Assembly (NCBI GenBank): GCA_963663965.2
Contig: CAXXFK010000015.1
Location: 96,001-160,000 of the forward strand
Reading direction: 5' to 3'
Length of the DNA stretch: 64,000 nt
Origin: Sedimentisphaerales bacterium
GTDB taxonomy: Bacteria > Planctomycetota > Phycisphaerae > Sedimentisphaerales > SM23-30
Part shown: one piece after another, positions 59,997 to 64,000 of the stretch
How the letters are laid out: every line of letters begins with the position of its first letter
Numbering within the stretch: position 1 is the first letter of the stretch
The notes under the pieces: model-generated
Told to the model about the DNA's origin: nothing
Database searches by the model: none
The model's input: the letters and a program-made list of their open reading frames with translations, nothing else
Made by a program: the position numbers and the translations under genes

Positions 59997-62954
59997 TCAA
60001 CTGTCACTTAAATCAGACAGATTCTTTTCGATCAGCGCCAACTGTTCGCGCATCTGATCCAGCCTCTCGCGTTCTCGTTGCACAACCTCAGGATTAGCCC
60101 GGCTCACAAAATTCGGATTCGCCAGTTTGCCGCTCGCAGAACCAATCCCCTTTTCCAGTTCAATCTTGCTCTTTTCCAGCCGCTGAATTTCCGCGGTCAC
60201 ATCAACCACATCCTTGACATAGATCTCCATATCGCCCGTAACCGCGGTCGCGGCATTCTTCGGCTTCGCACAGCCGATCCCGATCTCCAACACTTCCAGG
60301 CCGGACATCAGCATGATCAAACTCCGGCCCGCTTCCAGTTGCGCGACCCGCTCCGCCTGTGTTTTAATCGCGGCCGTCACCTTGGTCTTCGGCGCCACCT
60401 GGTACTGCGTCCGGATATCACGAATTGTGCGAATAATCGATTGCAGCATTTCCATTCGCCCTTCCAATTCCCTATCCACAAACGCCTGCGAAATCTCCGG
60501 CCACTGCGCCGTGATCAGGTAAGGGCTGTCAGGCAAAGCGGCCATTTCTCCCAGCGATCGGTCCACACACAATTCGCGCAACGGCTGATAGATCCCCTCC
60601 GTAATAAATGGCAAAAACGGATGAAACAGCCGCAAACTGGCGTCGATCGTAAACGCCAGCACCTTCTGGGCCACCGGCTTTAGTTGCGCGTCCCGCATAC
60701 GCGGCTTGACAAACTCCAGATACCAGTCGCACAATTCATTCCAGAAAAATCGATACAACGTCTGGATCGGCTCGCTAAACCGAAACGCTTCCAGTTGCGC
60801 CGTGACATCACCAGACACTCGCGCCAGCCGTGACAAAATCCACCGGTCTTCCATCTGCAACTGCTCCATATCGATGGCATCAACCGGGGTATTTTCCAGA
60901 TTGCCCATCGCGAATCGGGACGCGTTCCATAGCTTGTTACAGAAATTCCGGCCAATGTCAAATTTCGGCGACGAATTCACCGTTCGGCCATCCGGCAGCG
61001 TCATCGGCTCTACCGGCATGCGGACATCCTGGGTTTGCGTCGTCATACTTGCCAGCGCGAACCGCATCGCGTCTGCACCGTGGCTGTCGATTATATCCAG
61101 CGGATCGATACCATTGCCCAGACTCTTGGACATCTTCCGCCCTTCGCCATCCTGGATCATCGCATGAATAAACACATCGCTGAAGGGGATATCACCAACG
61201 CAATATTGACCCATCATCACCATGCGCGACACCCACAGAGTGATTATCTCGCGGGCCGTACACAAAACACTGCCGGGATAATACGTCTCCAGATCCTTCG
61301 ATGGTTCCGGCCAGCCCAGCGTACTGAACGGCCACAACGCGCTGCTGAACCAGGTATCCAGAACATCATTATCGCGCACCCACCCCTCGGCTTCCATGGC
61401 TTTTTCCAGCTCATCAAAGCCCGGCTTAACGCAAAGATAAGTCACCGGTCCGCTATCGCTCTGGAAAACCTGTCGGTGCGTACCATATTCACAACGATTA
61501 GGATGCTCACCGGGTTTGGACCAGACCGGGATCCGATGCCCCCACCAGAGCTGACGACTGATGGGCCAGTCACGTAAGTTCTCCAGCCATAACTGATAGT
61601 TGCGGCGATACCGTTCCGGCGTTATCCGTAACCGCCCATCCACCAGCGGTTTCAGCGCCAGACCCGCCAGTGAATTAACTGGCACATCAGTCCCTGCGAT
61701 CAGTCCCTGACCAAATTTTTCACCAAGGCCGGTTATTGGCTCCTTCACTGCAATATACCATTGATCCGATAAATACGGCTCAATCGGCACATGACTGCGA
61801 TAACTATGACCCACCTCATGGACATGATCCCGCACATCTTCCAATAGTTTATTCTGACGAAACCACTCCACAATCGCTTCCCGGGCCTCAAAACGGTCCT
61901 TCCCCAACACCCATTCTTCCAATAATCCCCGGTGCGCCTGGTCATGCTCATCCCAGTCAATCCAGCCAAAATTCTTGCTGATACTGCCATCCGGCGCCAT
62001 GACATTCACTATCGGTAAGCCATGTCGTTGACCGATCTGATAGTCATTGGGATCATGCGCCGGAGTCACTTTCAAAAATCCCGTTGAAAACCTGGCTTTC
62101 TCATCACTGCTTTCTGGATCCGGCAGTACGACATGCTGATCGGCAACAATCGGGATCACTCGCCCCACTATTGGCAAACGCAACATCTTGCCAACCAGAA
62201 CGCCGGCCCGGGGATCAACTGGATTCATCGCCACTGCCGTATCGCCCAGCATTGTCTCAGGCCGGGTGGTCGCTACCGTTACATAGGTAATTTTCCCACC
62301 CTTAAATGCCACCGGCTCAACCAGCGGATATCGCAGATACCAGAACGCCCCCTTCACGCTTTCGTGTTCCACTTCATCATCCGCCAATACCGTCTGGGTC
62401 GCCGGATCCCAGTTCACCAGTCGTTTCCCCCGATAAATCAAACCATCGGCAAATAATTTGGAAAACGTCTCCCGCACCGCCCGCGCGCAAACCTCATCCA
62501 TGGTAAACCGCGTCCGATCCCAGTCACACGAGCACCCCATCAATTGTAACTGCTTAATGATCCGGGCCTCATAGTCATCCTTCCACGCCTGCACCCGCCC
62601 CACAAATGCGTCCCGGCTAAAATCGGTCCTCCGCTTCCCTTCATCCGCCAGCAATCGCTTCTCAACCACCGTTTGTGTCGCAATCCCGGCATGATCCGTT
62701 CCCGGCATCCATAAAGTATTATACCCCTGCATCCGCCGCCAGCGGATCAGGATATCCTGCAACGTATTATTAAGAGCATGCCCCAGGTGCAGCGCCGCCG
62801 TCACATTCGGCGGCGGGATCACAATCGTATAAACCCGCATATCCACTTCCGGCTCTTCAGGCGCCACCGCACTGAAACATTTATTGTCATTCCATAAACG
62901 TGAAGCTTCCATCTCGATCTGACTGGGCTCATACAATGTCGACATGTCTTTCAT
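59997..62954 (-). CDS. valS: valine--tRNA ligase
   Basis: PPPNVTAALHLGHA, GTDHAGIATQ, DWPISRQLWWGH, KMSKS, C-terminal coiled-coil arm. Confidence 0.98.
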   Translation of the reverse strand: MKDMSTLYEPSQIEMEASRLWNDNKCFSAVAPEEPEVDMRVYTIVIPPPNVTAALHLGHALNNTLQDILIRWRRMQGYNTLWMPGTDHAGIATQTVVEKRLLADEGKRRTDFSRDAFVGRVQAWKDDYEARIIKQLQLMGCSCDWDRTRFTMDEVCARAVRETFSKLFADGLIYRGKRLVNWDPATQTVLADDEVEHESVKGAFWYLRYPLVEPVAFKGGKITYVTVATTRPETMLGDTAVAMNPVDPRAGVLVGKMLRLPIVGRVIPIVADQHVVLPDPESSDEKARFSTGFLKVTPAHDPNDYQIGQRHGLPIVNVMAPDGSISKNFGWIDWDEHDQAHRGLLEEWVLGKDRFEAREAIVEWFRQNKLLEDVRDHVHEVGHSYRSHVPIEPYLSDQWYIAVKEPITGLGEKFGQGLIAGTDVPVNSLAGLALKPLVDGRLRITPERYRRNYQLWLENLRDWPISRQLWWGHRIPVWSKPGEHPNRCEYGTHRQVFQSDSGPVTYLCVKPGFDELEKAMEAEGWVRDNDVLDTWFSSALWPFSTLGWPEPSKDLETYYPGSVLCTAREIITLWVSRMVMMGQYCVGDIPFSDVFIHAMIQDGEGRKMSKSLGNGIDPLDIIDSHGADAMRFALASMTTQTQDVRMPVEPMTLPDGRTVNSSPKFDIGRNFCNKLWNASRFAMGNLENTPVDAIDMEQLQMEDRWILSRLARVSGDVTAQLEAFRFSEPIQTLYRFFWNELCDWYLEFVKPRMRDAQLKPVAQKVLAFTIDASLRLFHPFLPFITEGIYQPLRELCVDRSLGEMAALPDSPYLITAQWPEISQAFVDRELEGRMEMLQSIIRTIRDIRTQYQVAPKTKVTAAIKTQAERVAQLEAGRSLIMLMSGLEVLEIGIGCAKPKNAATAVTGDMEIYVKDVVDVTAEIQRLEKSKIELEKGIGSASGKLANPNFVSRANPEVVQRERERLDQMREQLALIEKNLSDLSDS

Positions 62955-63198
62955 CGGCAATTATCCCTTTTTCTGGCCGGCAATACGCAACAGCCTTTAC
63001 AACACAACTTATTGCAATAATTATAGTTACATAGACTATGAACTTTTATGAATTATAAGCGCTTAACCCTTATTGTCAACGCAATTTACTAGGTAATCAC
63101 CATTCCATGCAATTTTTTAACTTAACAATTGACCTGCAACCCCATTTCCCCTAAAATCCTGACTGAGCTTTTGCCCAAAAATGCAAATTCACATAAAC

Positions 63199-63273
63199 CG
63201 GGCTGTGGCGCAGTTTGGCTAGCGTGCTTGACTGGGGGTCAAGAGGTCGCAGGTTCAAGTCCTGTCAGCCCGA
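63199..63273 (+). tRNA. tRNA-Pro (GGG), CCA not encoded
   Basis: Acceptor stem CGGGCTG/CAGCCCG, anticodon arm CTTGA-CTGGGGG-TCAAG, T-loop TTCAAGT. Confidence 0.97.
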
Positions 63274-63280
63274 TTAATAC

Positions 63281-63318
63281 AAAAAAGGAAAGGATTTATA
63301 AAATCCTTTCCTTTTTTG
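63281..63318 (+). terminator. intrinsic terminator after the tRNA
   Basis: AAAAAAGGAAAGGATTT-ATA-AAATCCTTTCCTTTTTT. Confidence 0.85.
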
Positions 63319-64000
63319 TATGTCTATTCCGGGAGTTCTCATCAACAATTCAGCCCAAAAAGAATTGATTCATAATAAATTCTAACCCATGTTGGCTTAA
63401 TGCTTTGGGTGGCGCTGCGGCCAGATCAATTCTGGAGTGACAGTTGGTTGGATAAAATTTATTCTTGTCAAAAATTAACCCAACGGTTATCTGCAGAAAA
63501 ATGATTAAAATCGATCGGATCATTTAAAAACAATAAGGTCGAATCTACAAAAATACCTTTTATTAGTATTAATGATAAACAGTAATGGGTTCCCTGCCGT
63601 TAAACTGAATATATACCAGTCTATCTCACAATTTGGTGTATTTTGATTCCGATATTAAAAATCTGATTTTTTGACTCTAATTATAAATATTAGTAACAAA
63701 TATATGGTATGTGTTTTTTCTCTAAAGAAAAAAATCAATGGATTTTTCTGATCAGAAATTAAACCTGAATCAAGATATTCATTTGAATCCACCATTGATA
63801 GCTATACCTTTTTTTAAATAACTGCTTCAATACCCAATGATTACCCGTTTGCTGCTCTTAATAAATTATCAGAGTATATTAATATAGTATCGACGATGTT
63901 TTTTCGCCCAAATGAGAAAATAAATGAATAAATACCAGTTTCTTTTAGATATAGCTATAGTATCAATTATATTCTTATCTTCAAACAGATCATGGGGTCA

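Overview
Bacterial chromosomal window, most likely from a Planctomycetota (Phycisphaerae/Sedimentisphaerales-like) genome. This is inferred from the dockerin-like D-x-N-x-D-G-x-V motifs on secreted proteins, a large modular sulfatase, a DUF5703-type hydrolase and mcsA-mcsB. Most of it is housekeeping and carbohydrate metabolism: xylB, leuS, a galK-like kinase, mutL, uxuA, addA and a frameshifted addB, pyruvoyl arginine decarboxylase with speB, yebC, an AmmeMemoRadiSam radical SAM enzyme, mcsAB, a PTPS/QueD-family gene, coaD, plsY, acyP, htpX, valS and tRNA-Pro(GGG). No integrase, transposase, reverse transcriptase, cas gene or CRISPR array is visible. The most unusual signal is non-coding. Two related loci (about 5.4-6.6 kb and 57.2-59.5 kb) each contain strand-polarised triplet micro-repeats with nested palindromic inserts, a consensus sigma70 promoter, and two co-oriented copies of a bipartite motif CCAAACGAA(C/G)CCAA-N17/18-TAAC-N18-TTA about 185 bp apart. 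The 57-59 kb locus also has a degenerate array of about 335 bp period and an orphan ORF. Both loci lie in patches of strong plus-strand C/A over G/T bias that extend through neighbouring genes regardless of gene orientation. Also notable: a PASTA-repeat/FGE-fold surface protein whose 3' end has the codon signature of a diversity-generating-retroelement variable region, and an apparently circularly permuted LamG domain. All calls come from reading the sequence by eye; no searches were run.
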